Source of the DNA: a virus
Virus record (IMG/VR): IMGVR_UViG_3300046501_000246
Direction: 5' to 3' (one strand)
DNA length: 64,000 bases
Shown: positions 27,685 to 37,752 of the stretch, piece after piece
Layout of the letters: each line of letters begins with the position of its first letter
Numbering within the stretch: the first letter of the stretch is position 1
The notes under the pieces: generated by a model
What the model was told of the DNA's origin: nothing
What the model saw: the letters and a program-made list of their open reading frames with translations, nothing else
Databases searched by the model: none
Translations under genes and position numbers: made by a program

Positions 27685-29231
27685 ATGCTCGAACGCTCTA
27701 CTAAATTCATGGAAGAAGCGCTTCAAAAGGCTCAAGACGCTTTAGACACTCTCGTACTTACAGAGACGGTCGAGTTGGTGGAAGATTGGAATAAGCGCTT
27801 TCCTCGCTATGAGTTTCAGATTGGTTGTCATGATCTTTGCAGTTTTCGTTACCGAAAAAAGAATGAGGAAAATTGGGAAGAGCTGGATCATTACAGTCCA
27901 TCAGATTACAAAGGAACACTTCTTAAGGTGGCGCTTGAAGCCAGTAAATTCAGTGACGCGTATTGCGCTCTTGACACACGGTTCTGCGCCTCTAGTTTTG
28001 GCTGGATCGGAAAAGAAGGATACGAGGGATGAAAGCCAAAAAGCATTGCGCCGGTAGCTATGAGTATTCAGCTGGTGGCTTCACGGTCTCGGTGTATGAG
28101 GTTGAACCTAATCCTGCATACGGTGACACTAAGCCTATGTGGATCGCTAAAGCCGATTGGACCAGCGATATCTATACCGATCCTTTGGACACGAAGAGGC
28201 AAGCAGTAGATCAGGCTCGCAAGATGCTGAATGAGAAATTGGGAGGCGTAGTATGAAACTGTTTCATTGGAACACTTGCGAAGCATTGAGCCGAGTCGGT
28301 TGGGGCCATATCATTGTCATGGCACATGATTTAGAATTCGCGCGGCTTATTGCGGAAAGGAATTTCGTTCTTTATCTGATGGAGGATGAAAGTGCTCCGC
28401 GACATTGGGTAGTTGATCTATACGGCCCTGATGTTGACAAATGGGACGAAGATGATCAGCAGGAATATTTTGATTTGATCAAAAGATTTAAAGCCGATAT
28501 CGCCAAGGAACCTGTTGACAACAAAATCGCTTTGTTTATACAGGGTAGTGAATGATGCGAATCTTAAAAGAAGTTGAAGGCTCAGCCGGGACACGTTTCG
28601 TATCTGAGATAGATTATTTCAAAATCGAATTGGCATCTAATTCGATTTGGTATTTCTTCGAAGGTACGATAATTCAGAATGGCGCAATGTCTCTTGAGCA
28701 ATTGTGCTATATGAATGGTGTGACGCTGGTCTATCAGGAAACAAAGAATTAAATAAAAATAACTGTTGACAAGGCAATCTAAATCTTCTAAAACTTAATC
28801 ATCGAAGCAGAGAAATTAAGTTTTAGGAGGTTGACATGGCTACGGATCGTGCTACTTACACCAACACTAAAGGCAGTCACGCTTACGAAGTCTATGTCTA
28901 CGAGGATAAGCAGTGCCGAGTGACTAAGAATTTCAAAGAGAAAATCTTTGAGGTTCATGCTTCAAATCGTAGCCAAGCCGCACGGCGTGTCGAAAAGGAT
29001 GGTTACGAGGTTTGCTCAGTTAATATGATTGGTTGAGAGGAGGGTAAAATGTCTTTCAAAATCGTTGCAGGTGCCCATCAAACAGTCATGGAATTTGGTG
29101 GTGAGAATTCAACACTGGAAGAAATGATCGAAAAGGCAAAGGGTATCGCGAAGAAATACGAAATCGATGAAGTGCTTGTTCTGGAAACGAAAGAGGTTTT
29201 TTCTACAAAAAGAAATAAAAAATCTTCTTGA
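27685..29231 (+). other. six small plus-strand genes (27685-28032, 28029-28256, 28253-28555, 28552-28752, 28836-29036, 29049-29231)
   Basis: AGGAGG RBS, ATGA overlaps, upstream TTGACA promoters; the strand switch occurs at 27354-27685. Confidence 0.72.
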
Positions 29232-29271
29232 CATTTCAGATAGTTGGTGTTAAGTTAGAATCATCAAAAGA

Positions 29272-29358
29272 GCGGGCTTGGTGTAATTGCTAGCCACGAC
29301 AGACTTAAAATCTGTTGACCTTTGTGTCGTACCGGTTGGAGTCCGGTAGCCCGTACCA
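29272..29358 (+). tRNA. tRNA-Leu(TAA)
   Basis: ACAGA-CTTAAAA-TCTGT, long variable arm, CCA. T-loop reads TTGGAGT. Promoter TTGACA-N17-TAAGTT upstream. Confidence 0.9.
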
Positions 29359-29500
29359 ATTGAGTTATGAAAATACAGCGTCCCTCAGAAGCGTTCGCGC
29401 CACGAGGGTTACAAATAGTAAGAGGTACAGAACAGGCCGTTGGCTTGCTTATGAGAAGACTATGGGCTGTGTTTTTATAATTGAATGAAACTGTTTAGGT

Positions 29501-29626
29501 GGGGAATGCTGGTTATGCTGATGACCTTGTTCCTTCAAGGTCTAATGAGGAAAGAAGTAGTTTCGAAGGCGGTTGCGACTGGCAGAGAAACATAAGGATA
29601 CTTGGTTCGATTCCCCTCAGTTCCCT
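29501..29626 (+). ncRNA. tRNA-like structured RNA candidate
   Basis: Ends pair (GGAA..CTG/CAGTTCC); 7-bp hairpin GACCTTG/CAAGGTC; GGTTCGATTCCC T-loop near the 3' end. Confidence 0.45.
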
Positions 29627-29774
29627 TCCTAAATAGTTTGGCTCAACCTGAATTGACAGGTACTGAACCGCTGGAACAGAGGCGCAAAGCCTTGATCGAG
29701 CGGAATGGATAAAGTAAATGTAACAAGCCGTTTCGACGGGAGATAACATTGCTTCGATCCAGCCTTTTTTCTTC

Positions 29775-29851
29775 GGGCGCTTAGCTCAGTTGGTTAGAGC
29801 ATCTGCCTTTTAAGCAGAGGGTCGAGGGTTCAAGTCCCTCAGCGCCTACCA
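29775..29851 (+). tRNA. tRNA-Lys(TTT)
   Basis: TCTGC-CTTTTAA-GCAGA, canonical arms, CCA. Confidence 0.95.
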
Positions 29852-30092
29852 AGAATTACTCATGCCACGAATTGACGTGGGCTGAGATATGCGAGATTAC
29901 TTAGCTAGCGCTGGCCAAGTAATTCACCGGTATCTTGCGATGTAGGCTCCGACTCTGAATCGGATGATGCTTGCGGTGAGTACAAAGTTTAGCGCAACGT
30001 GAGAGTTGCACTTATATACGTGAGCTAGCTACCACGATATGAGGGATGGGTGAGAGACCGATTGCTAATACGAAATTCTAATAGGTGTAGTC

Positions 30093-31088
30093 ATGATTAT
30101 CAAACTACTTCAAGAAAATTGGGATAAAATACTACAAATCGGTGTAGAAGCCGAGAAACGGATGGAGGCTCACATGTCTAAAAACTTCATCCTTGAGGGG
30201 ATTACACGCAAGGGCAAGAACAGGATCAATGAGCACGGCGCGTGCTGGAAATTGGTTGACGTAAGAGATGGAAAGATGCTATTCGAATCCTTGAACACGC
30301 CGGGATACCTCAAGTGGGGTCCAGAGCCGGATTTCAAGATCGTGGAGGGAGACTAGCATCATGGGCGAGACCATTCTTATATATGATGAACGTTACGAAA
30401 GTGGGCCAAGATTTATTGGCTCTTTCAGGAACGTGCCAGAGGATTGGACCGCGAAAGAAACGCTGGTTCGTTACGGGATAGGCGAGCATCTATGCGTGTA
30501 TCGCGATACCTTCGTTCCTAAGAATTGTATTCATCACGGAAAAAGATTTAGATCGGATTAATATGAAAGATCAGTTTGGTTATACTCCCAATACGGGAAG
30601 CTATCCGCCTTACTTTAATATTACTAAAGTTGACTGCGGTTATCGTGTGACGGTTAGGCGTAAAGCCGAATGGGATGGTGATCTTTGTCTTCCCATGGGT
30701 GGTAATATTGTGGAAGAAACCTTCCCTGAAGATTTCATTGATAAACTGAAAGAGTTTGTCAATGGCTAAAAAAGTTGGAAATTATAAAATTCCGTTTGAT
30801 CGTAACGGGAATCAGCTGCATTATCCTGAGAGTTATTGGAGCGGCAATGGGCGTGTCGAATGTGAGATGCGTGATAATCACGCCTTTGAAGACACGATAG
30901 TTTTTGATTCTATGGAGCGGGGTCGCAGTGCTGCTTACTTCTATTTTAAGCGATCCACAGGTGAAAAACTTGTTGTCTTTATGAAAGATTTGTGCGACAT
31001 GATGCCTCACGTTATTAATGGTACTGTAACAGGTACATTCACTTTCGTTAAGCGTGGCGCTAATTTCGGCACGGCTTTAATTAGTTAA
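30093..31088 (+). other. four small hypothetical genes (30093-30356, 30361-30561, 30563-30769, ~30771-31088)
   Basis: Tightly packed, co-oriented. Confidence 0.68.
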
Positions 31089-31093
31089 ACTAT

Positions 31094-31183
31094 CTACACG
31101 TACCGGTCAGGGTTTCTACCCCTTAGTAACCGTAATTGGAGGCGATAACATCAATGGGGGTTCGAGTCCCTCCGTGTAGGCCA
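31094..31183 (+). ncRNA. tRNA-like RNA with intact acceptor, T-arm and CCA but rearranged D/anticodon region
   Basis: CTACACG/CGTGTAG 7-bp stem, G73, CCA, GGGGG-TTCGAGT-CCCTC; no canonical D-arm. Confidence 0.7.
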
Positions 31184-31193
31184 TTTTTAAGAA

Positions 31194-31268
31194 GGAGGAT
31201 TAGCACAATGGTAGTGCCTGCGGCTCATAACCGTTTCTACGTTGGTTCGATTCCAGCATCCTCTACCA
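31194..31268 (+). tRNA. tRNA with CAT anticodon (Met or Ile2)
   Basis: GGAGGAT/ATCCTCT acceptor, GCAC/GTGC D-stem, CTCATAA loop, CCA. Confidence 0.92.
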
Positions 31269-31746
31269 AAACTTGTTTTCGCCTTTTATAAGATTCTTTC
31301 ATAGCCTCAACATGAGCAGGCGACTTTGGTTTACCTTTTAATTTTAAACCACCCTTCCTGCCATTTTCTCTAAGCTCTTCTTTGGTCAAAAACAATGCAG
31401 GGCTACGTCCTTTAAGCGGGCCGTGTAACTCTAATCGTTTCTCAGCGCCAGCTTTTGCTGCTTCTGAAGTGAATCCACCTACACCGCCTAAGCGCATATT
31501 GTAGGTGAAATTTTTATCGTAATCATTAGTTAATTCAATTTCTTTTAAATAAGCTTCTTCTTTAGAAGAAGTTATGAATAGTATTTCTTTTCTAAAATTA
31601 TGTTTACCGTGTGCTTTTATTGCTTGTTTAATGGCTACGCCAGAGCCATAATATCCATCGTAAGGATTATTAGTTAGATGCACTCCAATGTAGTATTTGT
31701 TATTGATGTTATTAGTTATTTTATAAACAGTGTATACTTTATCCAT
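31237..31746 (-). CDS. GIY-YIG homing endonuclease (Seg-like)
   Basis: VYKITNNINNKYYIG.H......Y.GSG..I..AI..HG..NF.KEIL; AT-rich; its stop lies inside the tRNA T-arm. Confidence 0.92.
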   Translation of the reverse strand: MDKVYTVYKITNNINNKYYIGVHLTNNPYDGYYGSGVAIKQAIKAHGKHNFRKEILFITSSKEEAYLKEIELTNDYDKNFTYNMRLGGVGGFTSEAAKAGAEKRLELHGPLKGRSPALFLTKEELRENGRKGGLKLKGKPKSPAHVEAMKESYKRRKQVLVEDAGIEPT

Positions 31747-31834
31747 TTAACGTATCTTTGTTTTTATTATATTTTTAATGGCTTTAGTATATCATATTTA
31801 AATTAAAAGTCAAGTTAATAATTAGGGAAGTCTC

Positions 31835-32259
31835 ATGCATGAGAAAGCTGTAGATTTATTCGTTCATGATCTTGGCCATGACAATCAGCTAAGAATCGTT
31901 TTTTATAACGAGGACGGTGATAATTTTTGGTACGACATAAAAGCTCATGCCGGTAGGGATGACTACTTTTGGTTCCCTGAATCTCTTGGATATGTTAAAT
32001 TATACTTCATCGGTGAAGGTTATGGCGTTCCTAAATGGGTTAAGCAAGGGTGCGGATGGCGATGAGTAAGTGCTGTTTTAATTGTCGGTTCTGGTTCCCG
32101 GTTGTCGGGTATGCCCTTGGACATTGCCAGCAATCAGGCCTAAAACTCTGGATCGATGGCAATTATAAAATGGTACGTCGTGATGCTTGCACCAGAGGGA
32201 ATGAATCATGCGGAGAATTTGTGAAATCAGCGCTAAAAAGATTTGACACGGATTATTAA
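31835..32259 (+). other. two small hypothetical genes (31835-32065, ~32050-32259)
   Basis: Co-oriented; the second is Cys-rich (CxxC...C...C). Confidence 0.6.
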
Positions 32260-32303
32260 TTCGTTTATCTAGGTCAATATTGTAATAAAAAGGAGAAAAT
32301 TAC

Positions 32304-34295
32304 ATGACAGATTTTAGACCATTCGCAAAGGCTATTCGTGCCAATTTCGACACGCTTTCGAAGCAAGAGCTTTACACCGTGAATATTTCAGGTGACGAAC
32401 TTTGGGATTTCTATCTCGATTCGTTTCCGGCTGGCACAAACGAAGTGTTTCGTCAGCGCCGCGAGTATGATTGCTCGTGCTGCAAGAATTTCATGCGCAA
32501 CATTGCTAACGTTGTTGCTATCGTTGACAATCAGCTTGTCTCAGTTTGGGATGTTGCTGATGTGGGTCATCCGTTCAATGTGGTTTGCGAAGCTCTTTCC
32601 GACAAGGTTAAGGGCCTTGGAATCTCTAACGTCTTCCGTACCAAGGAGAATTCTTTTGGTGCCGAGATGACGCGTGATTTTGAATCCAATATCAATTGGA
32701 ATCACTTCAACACGAAGATTGCTACAAAGCACATTTGCGCCGAAGTGGCTGAGTTTAAGGGTAAGAAGGCTACGGCGGCTCAGGTCTTCCGTCGGGCGCT
32801 GGAAGAGCTTGATAGCGGTGCAGTTGTCACGGTGCAGGATTTGATCAAAGACGATCTTCTGTATCGAGGCACGGAACACAAGGCGGCTGTGGATGCATTC
32901 GCCACGGTTCAGCGTGAGTACAACAAGCTCAATTCAGATGAAGCACGTAACATCTTCATTTGGGCCAATATCGATAGCTTTGTTACTGGTTTTCGTAACA
33001 CGGTAATTGGTACGCTGGTGCAGGACTTGACCGAAGGCAAGGATTTGGAAAAGGCAGTTGGCTCTTTCGAGACAAAGATGGCTGGCGACAATTACAAGCG
33101 TTCAAAGACTCTCATCACGCCTAACATGATTAAAGACGCGATGAAGACAATCGAGAAGTTGAACCTTGAAACGGCATTGGAGCGGCGTTTTGCTCGGATC
33201 GGTGACGTTACTGTCAACAATGTACTTTGGGTAGATAACTCAGTTGTAGGTAAGATGAAGGGTGGCATTGAGTCACTACTCATGGAAGCTGCTGTGACAA
33301 AGAAGCCTAATGTTGATAAGGCGGAAAACATCGGTATCGAGGCATTTATGGCTGACGTGGTGCCGCGCGCTAAGTCGATTGACGTTCTGGTTAAGAATGC
33401 TTTTGCCGGTAATTTCATGAGCCTTACCGCTCCGGTTCACGATGATGTTGAGCAACTTTTCAAGTGGAATAACAACTTCGGTTGGAGCTATGACGGAGAA
33501 GTTGCTGACTCTGATATCAAGGCAAAGGTGGCTAAGGCTGGCGGTAACGTAACTAACGCTGCACTGCGTATCAGCTTGGCTTGGCATAACTATGATGACT
33601 TGGATATCCATGTTATTGAACCAGATAAGACTCATATCTACTTCGGCAATCCTAGAGGTAAGCTTGATGTTGATATGAATGCTTTTGGAGCGCGCTCACG
33701 TGAGCCGGTAGAGAACATCAGCTATACCAAATCTAATCTTGTAGATGGTGTCTATATTGTCAAGGTCAATCAATATACCAGACGTGAAAACATTGATTAT
33801 GGTTTCGAACTTGAAGTGGAAAACAATGGTTCGGTTCATAATTTCAGCTATCCGAAGGCTGTTGCTGGAACGATTGGCGCGCTGAAGATCACGGTCAAGA
33901 ATGGTATTGTTGCTGCTATCGTTACCGGCGAAGGTGTTAGTGGTGGTATGATGCCGCAGGATAAATGGGGCATCAAGACTGAAACTTTCGTTCCTGTTAA
34001 CACAATCATTCTCAGCCCTAACTATTGGGATGATAATGCAACAGGTAACAAGCATTGGTTCTTTATTCTGAAGGACTGCTTGAATCCAGAACCGACTCGT
34101 GGTATTTATAACGAATTCCTCAAGTCGGGACTTGAACAGCATCGGAAGGTTTTCGAAGTGCTTGGATCAAAGACTAAGTGCGAGCCTACCGATGATCAGC
34201 TGAGCGGAATTGGTTTCAGTTCCACGAAGCGTACCGAACTACCTGTTTTGGTCAAGACCGCAACGGGCCAGAAACTTTACAACATCAACTTTTAA
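32304..34295 (+). CDS. 663-aa phage protein with a YfaP/DUF2135-like domain
   Basis: ISLAW..DDLDIHV.EP.....YF.N..G.LDVD......PVENI motif; N-terminal CSCC; AAGGAG RBS. Confidence 0.8.
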   Translation: MTDFRPFAKAIRANFDTLSKQELYTVNISGDELWDFYLDSFPAGTNEVFRQRREYDCSCCKNFMRNIANVVAIVDNQLVSVWDVADVGHPFNVVCEALSDKVKGLGISNVFRTKENSFGAEMTRDFESNINWNHFNTKIATKHICAEVAEFKGKKATAAQVFRRALEELDSGAVVTVQDLIKDDLLYRGTEHKAAVDAFATVQREYNKLNSDEARNIFIWANIDSFVTGFRNTVIGTLVQDLTEGKDLEKAVGSFETKMAGDNYKRSKTLITPNMIKDAMKTIEKLNLETALERRFARIGDVTVNNVLWVDNSVVGKMKGGIESLLMEAAVTKKPNVDKAENIGIEAFMADVVPRAKSIDVLVKNAFAGNFMSLTAPVHDDVEQLFKWNNNFGWSYDGEVADSDIKAKVAKAGGNVTNAALRISLAWHNYDDLDIHVIEPDKTHIYFGNPRGKLDVDMNAFGARSREPVENISYTKSNLVDGVYIVKVNQYTRRENIDYGFELEVENNGSVHNFSYPKAVAGTIGALKITVKNGIVAAIVTGEGVSGGMMPQDKWGIKTETFVPVNTIILSPNYWDDNATGNKHWFFILKDCLNPEPTRGIYNEFLKSGLEQHRKVFEVLGSKTKCEPTDDQLSGIGFSSTKRTELPVLVKTATGQKLYNINF

Positions 34296-34339
34296 CACAC
34301 GTTTTCAACTCAGATTGAAAATCACAAAGGAGAAAACAT

Positions 34340-34747
34340 ATGACTGACATTAACATTTTTGAATTCGCAACACGTGAAAAACTTCGTTTCGAGTCCTCAA
34401 TTGGCTCGCTCACGGTGGAACAGCTTTGGGACCTACCACCTACTTCGATTGGTTCCAAGGCTAACCTGAATACCATTGGTATCCAGTTCGTCAAGGCTCT
34501 GAAGTCTGTCAATGAGGAATCGCTGGTCAATCCGGCTCCTACCGATGCTCAGAAGGTGTTTCAGATTCAGCTTGATATCGTGAAGCACATCATTGCTGTG
34601 AAGCAGGAAGAAGCAGCGATGAAGAAGGAAGAGGATGAGAAGAAGGTCAGGAAGGCTAAGTTGCAGGAAGCCTTGGCTCGCAAGGAAGATTCTGCGCTGG
34701 AAGAGCTTACGCCAGCTGAACTTAAGAAGATGATCGCAGAGCTTTGA
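34340..34747 (+). CDS. hypothetical protein with C-terminal coiled coil (135 aa)
   Basis: AAAGGAG RBS; follows the 663-aa gene with similar codon style. Confidence 0.8.
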   Translation: MTDINIFEFATREKLRFESSIGSLTVEQLWDLPPTSIGSKANLNTIGIQFVKALKSVNEESLVNPAPTDAQKVFQIQLDIVKHIIAVKQEEAAMKKEEDEKKVRKAKLQEALARKEDSALEELTPAELKKMIAEL

Positions 34748-35163
34748 TTACCAATTCAGAGATAGCGGTTTACATGATTTCCGGGGGCGCTGTAGCCCTC
34801 GGATTTCTTGTTTGTGTGGCTTATGAGATTGACAGGATGAGGAGGGCCGAGTGCCAGACAATTGCGAAAAAACATTCTTCCGATCTAGTATCTCATAGTG
34901 AGGTACTACCGCTTGAGGCGGATAGCACTGGAAGGATTAATATAATGCAAGAAGATAACTCACTGGTTTACGACAACGTTTGGGAATCATTATTCGGTCG
35001 AGGTTCGGAGAAGGCCAAAGATTGGAAAGACTTGTCGCAGTTAGTAATGAAGTACGATCAGGAGGTACAACTATTCTTCGGAACACCAGAAGAATTGAGA
35101 TACCTGAAAGAACTGAAATTGCAAGAGTTAGAGCGCCAAGGCGTTGAAGTTATCAGAGATTGA
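34744..35163 (+). CDS. hypothetical membrane-anchored protein
   Basis: N-terminal hydrophobic stretch; 4-bp overlap with the previous gene. Confidence 0.65.
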   Translation: MITNSEIAVYMISGGAVALGFLVCVAYEIDRMRRAECQTIAKKHSSDLVSHSEVLPLEADSTGRINIMQEDNSLVYDNVWESLFGRGSEKAKDWKDLSQLVMKYDQEVQLFFGTPEELRYLKELKLQELERQGVEVIRD

Positions 35164-35319
35164 ATCAAAAAGACCTTCAGGATTTGGTTTCTGAAGGTCT
35201 TTTCTTTTGTAAAGCTTTTTAGATTTGATGATCTTGCGCCTGAATTGGTTAAGTTCCAATTCTCTCGCCATCGGGTTGCGTCGAGGCGGGGCTTTCTGCT
35301 GCTGCTGCGGCTTGCTCAC
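35128..35319 (-). CDS. small basic protein (RNPMAR.L...FR.K...SKK.Y.RK)
   Basis: Motif resembles a small basic phage protein family; overlaps the TerL 3' end in another frame. Confidence 0.55.
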   Translation of the reverse strand: MSKPQQQQKAPPRRNPMARELELNQFRRKIIKSKKLYKRKDLQKPNPEGLFDSISDNFNALAL

Positions 35320-37015
35320 GTTTTTCCCTTTCTATACGTTTGCGTTCCATTTCTTCTTGGATTGCTTTCTCTACCATAGTTCTTTTAGCATCGCTAGAGG
35401 GTGTAGAGCCGGAACCGTGAAGTTTTTTAGTTCCTAATTTTCTCTGTCTTCCTCTGGCCCATTCTAAATATTGGCTGGTGCTATCGACCATATCGTCATT
35501 CTTGCCATACGGGAATGCCATTAGCTCGCGCTCGTATTCGGCTAGCCAATTGGCGGATTCCGGTAGGTAAACCAAACCGGCTTCGATGGTAGGGGCTACG
35601 GCATCAAATCTAAATTCTTTAGAATTATTATTTGTGCTGATAGCAATGATCGGAACTGATGTTTTGCCTTGGCGTGTTTGGATATACTGAGTGCCAGAGC
35701 CTTTATCTTCGATCAGAATGCATGACACGTTCCAGCGCTGCGCCGTCTCATCAATGAGTTTGCACATTTCTGGAAATTCAACTTTATCTCTAACGCAATC
35801 TAAGAGATAATGCAAGCCAAATTCAGTCTCTAACCAAACTGTACAAACTGTGTAGTCGTGACGCTCTTGCGCTTTCTGCGCCGTATCGACAGACATAACA
35901 ATTCTGCGGATTTTAATCTCAGGGTTTTTCCTTACATCGCCTTTATAGCGATTGAACCAAGATGACTTTAAGAGAACGCCTTCAGCATCTACGGGTACGC
36001 CCTGCATCATTGAGCCCCACATGGCTCCTGTGAGCGTTGCTCTCTTATTTAGGTAATCCTGATGGTAAAAGTCCCAAAGAGGCATGTCGGGCTCTGTGCG
36101 GCCCATAGGATCGTCTTCATCACCTAACTCAGATAGAGCTTTGAGGTTGATGATTTCATAAGGGATAATATTTCCTTTTTTACCTTCAGTCTCAAGTCTG
36201 CCGATCATGTCATCAGAATTATATCGAGTGTTGACCAGAACGATAGGAGCGCGGGGCAAGAGTCGGGTCTGAAAGTCAGATAGGAACCATGAATAGGCGT
36301 CATCTCTGACTTTAGGATTCTGAGCTTCTAAGTAGCTTGCATACAAGTCATCGATGCAGCCAATGTTCGCTCTGATACCCATGATACCAGCGCCAACGCC
36401 TTTAGCGACATATTCAGATTTGTTCGTCAGCGCCCATCTGTCACCGGCTCGCATGTCGGCTTGAAGTGCTACATCTCCGAACACGTCTTTGAATGCGTCA
36501 CCATTGACATAGGCTTTGGTTTTCTTGCCAAGTTCGTTTGTAGCGAACGCGGCGGCATAGCTGGCCTGAAGCCATTTAGTCTTTCTTCGACCCATGCACC
36601 ATACAGCAAAGCGACGGGAAGAGTATTCGCTCTTACCGCCGCCAGCCGGGACGCTTAACGCTAGGCGAGGAATGTCGCCACATTCTACAAGCTGAAGTTT
36701 CTCACACATGAAATGGTGGTGAGGCGCGGGTGGCTCATCCATGTTGAGATATTCAGCGAAGCATGAATAACTATCAAATGCTGAACTTCTAAGCTTTTCC
36801 TTGTATTCGTTCTCGTAGTGTTCTAAATATTGTTGAACAGCTGCAAATTGATTTTCAGGATTAGCTGTCTTCGTCAGGCTCACGATTGCTGATGACAAGT
36901 GTGTCGAGATCGGGGATTTCAATCGCAAATGGTCTTGAAGAGCCTCCTCCATCTTGCGAAGATTCGTTATTGATGACCTGTATATTAATCGGTCGTTCCA
37001 TGTTAAGTTTATCAT
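35249..37015 (-). CDS. terL: terminase large subunit
   Basis: Walker A PAGGGKS, Walker B CIDD, nuclease SVDTA..HDYT, LIEDKGSG, NDDMVDS; start uncertain (37015 or 36952). Confidence 0.95.
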   Translation of the reverse strand: MINLTWNDRLIYRSSITNLRKMEEALQDHLRLKSPISTHLSSAIVSLTKTANPENQFAAVQQYLEHYENEYKEKLRSSAFDSYSCFAEYLNMDEPPAPHHHFMCEKLQLVECGDIPRLALSVPAGGGKSEYSSRRFAVWCMGRRKTKWLQASYAAAFATNELGKKTKAYVNGDAFKDVFGDVALQADMRAGDRWALTNKSEYVAKGVGAGIMGIRANIGCIDDLYASYLEAQNPKVRDDAYSWFLSDFQTRLLPRAPIVLVNTRYNSDDMIGRLETEGKKGNIIPYEIINLKALSELGDEDDPMGRTEPDMPLWDFYHQDYLNKRATLTGAMWGSMMQGVPVDAEGVLLKSSWFNRYKGDVRKNPEIKIRRIVMSVDTAQKAQERHDYTVCTVWLETEFGLHYLLDCVRDKVEFPEMCKLIDETAQRWNVSCILIEDKGSGTQYIQTRQGKTSVPIIAISTNNNSKEFRFDAVAPTIEAGLVYLPESANWLAEYERELMAFPYGKNDDMVDSTSQYLEWARGRQRKLGTKKLHGSGSTPSSDAKRTMVEKAIQEEMERKRIEREKREQAAAAAESPASTQPDGERIGT

Positions 37016-37430
37016 TTGAAAGCAGCATCTTATTGTTATTATTATTTTGCGGCGGTTCGCGGCTGACTCTATTGAGTTCTGCCATGTCCTTGAGAATTAT
37101 TGCTCCATTCTTCAAGTCATCTAATGAGATGGCTTTATTTAATAGTTTAACATACTCTCGATTGATCCAATCTAGATCAATTTCTTCGTGGTCTACTTTA
37201 CGTAGCGGTAGGGGTGGAGCGACTGAAAGCATATCTTTTTCAGCTGCTTTAAGTTTTAATTCTTCAATTCTTGCTGCGACTTCGGGGGTGCTGGCTAGTT
37301 TTGATGCATTAGCGGCAGCTGTAGTGTTCTTGCAAGTAAAACCTGCTTCTTTATATGCCGCTATTTGAGTATAACCGTTTGCAACGTAGTTAGCAAACTT
37401 CTCTCGTCTTTCTGAGGATAGTCTAGCCAT
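36861..37430 (-). CDS. terS: terminase small subunit
   Basis: REKFA..VA.G.TQ.AAYKEAGF......ANASKL...PEV.ARI.EL; directly upstream of TerL. Confidence 0.88.
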   Translation of the reverse strand: MARLSSERREKFANYVANGYTQIAAYKEAGFTCKNTTAAANASKLASTPEVAARIEELKLKAAEKDMLSVAPPLPLRKVDHEEIDLDWINREYVKLLNKAISLDDLKNGAIILKDMAELNRVSREPPQNNNNNKMLLSNDKLNMERPINIQVINNESSQDGGGSSRPFAIEIPDLDTLVISNREPDEDS

Positions 37431-37752
37431 TTGTTATATACTTAACCAGATCGTTTGTTACTAAGTAGCTGCTGTAGATATTCATGCAATCTAGGAGGCA
37501 GCGGTATAGTTCTACTACTTTAAATGTTTGATCATCCAAATTCTTGATCAGTTCTGGATGTCTTACATGGTATGAAACTAGTAATTGATGAGCTTCGTTG
37601 TGTTCATTCCAAGCTACTGCGGCATCAGCTACCATTTCTTTCAATTTAGCATGATGCTCTTTAGGAAATACTGTAACATCGTAAATATACATTATTCTGA
37701 TAACTCGCCTACTAGAGTGAAGGGCTTTTCGATCCTGTAACCCATGGCGCAC
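37423..37752 (-). CDS. hypothetical protein (start probably MYIYD near 37690)
   Basis: Lies between the resolvase and TerS, with overlapping stop/start. Confidence 0.6.
   Translation of the reverse strand: MRHGLQDRKALHSSRRVIRIMYIYDVTVFPKEHHAKLKEMVADAAVAWNEHNEAHQLLVSYHVRHPELIKNLDDQTFKVVELYRCLLDCMNIYSSYLVTNDLVKYITNG

Noticed and set aside
29518-29524. Hammerhead core CTGATGA
   Set aside because: The following stem is not directly followed by GAAA, and stems I/III are absent.
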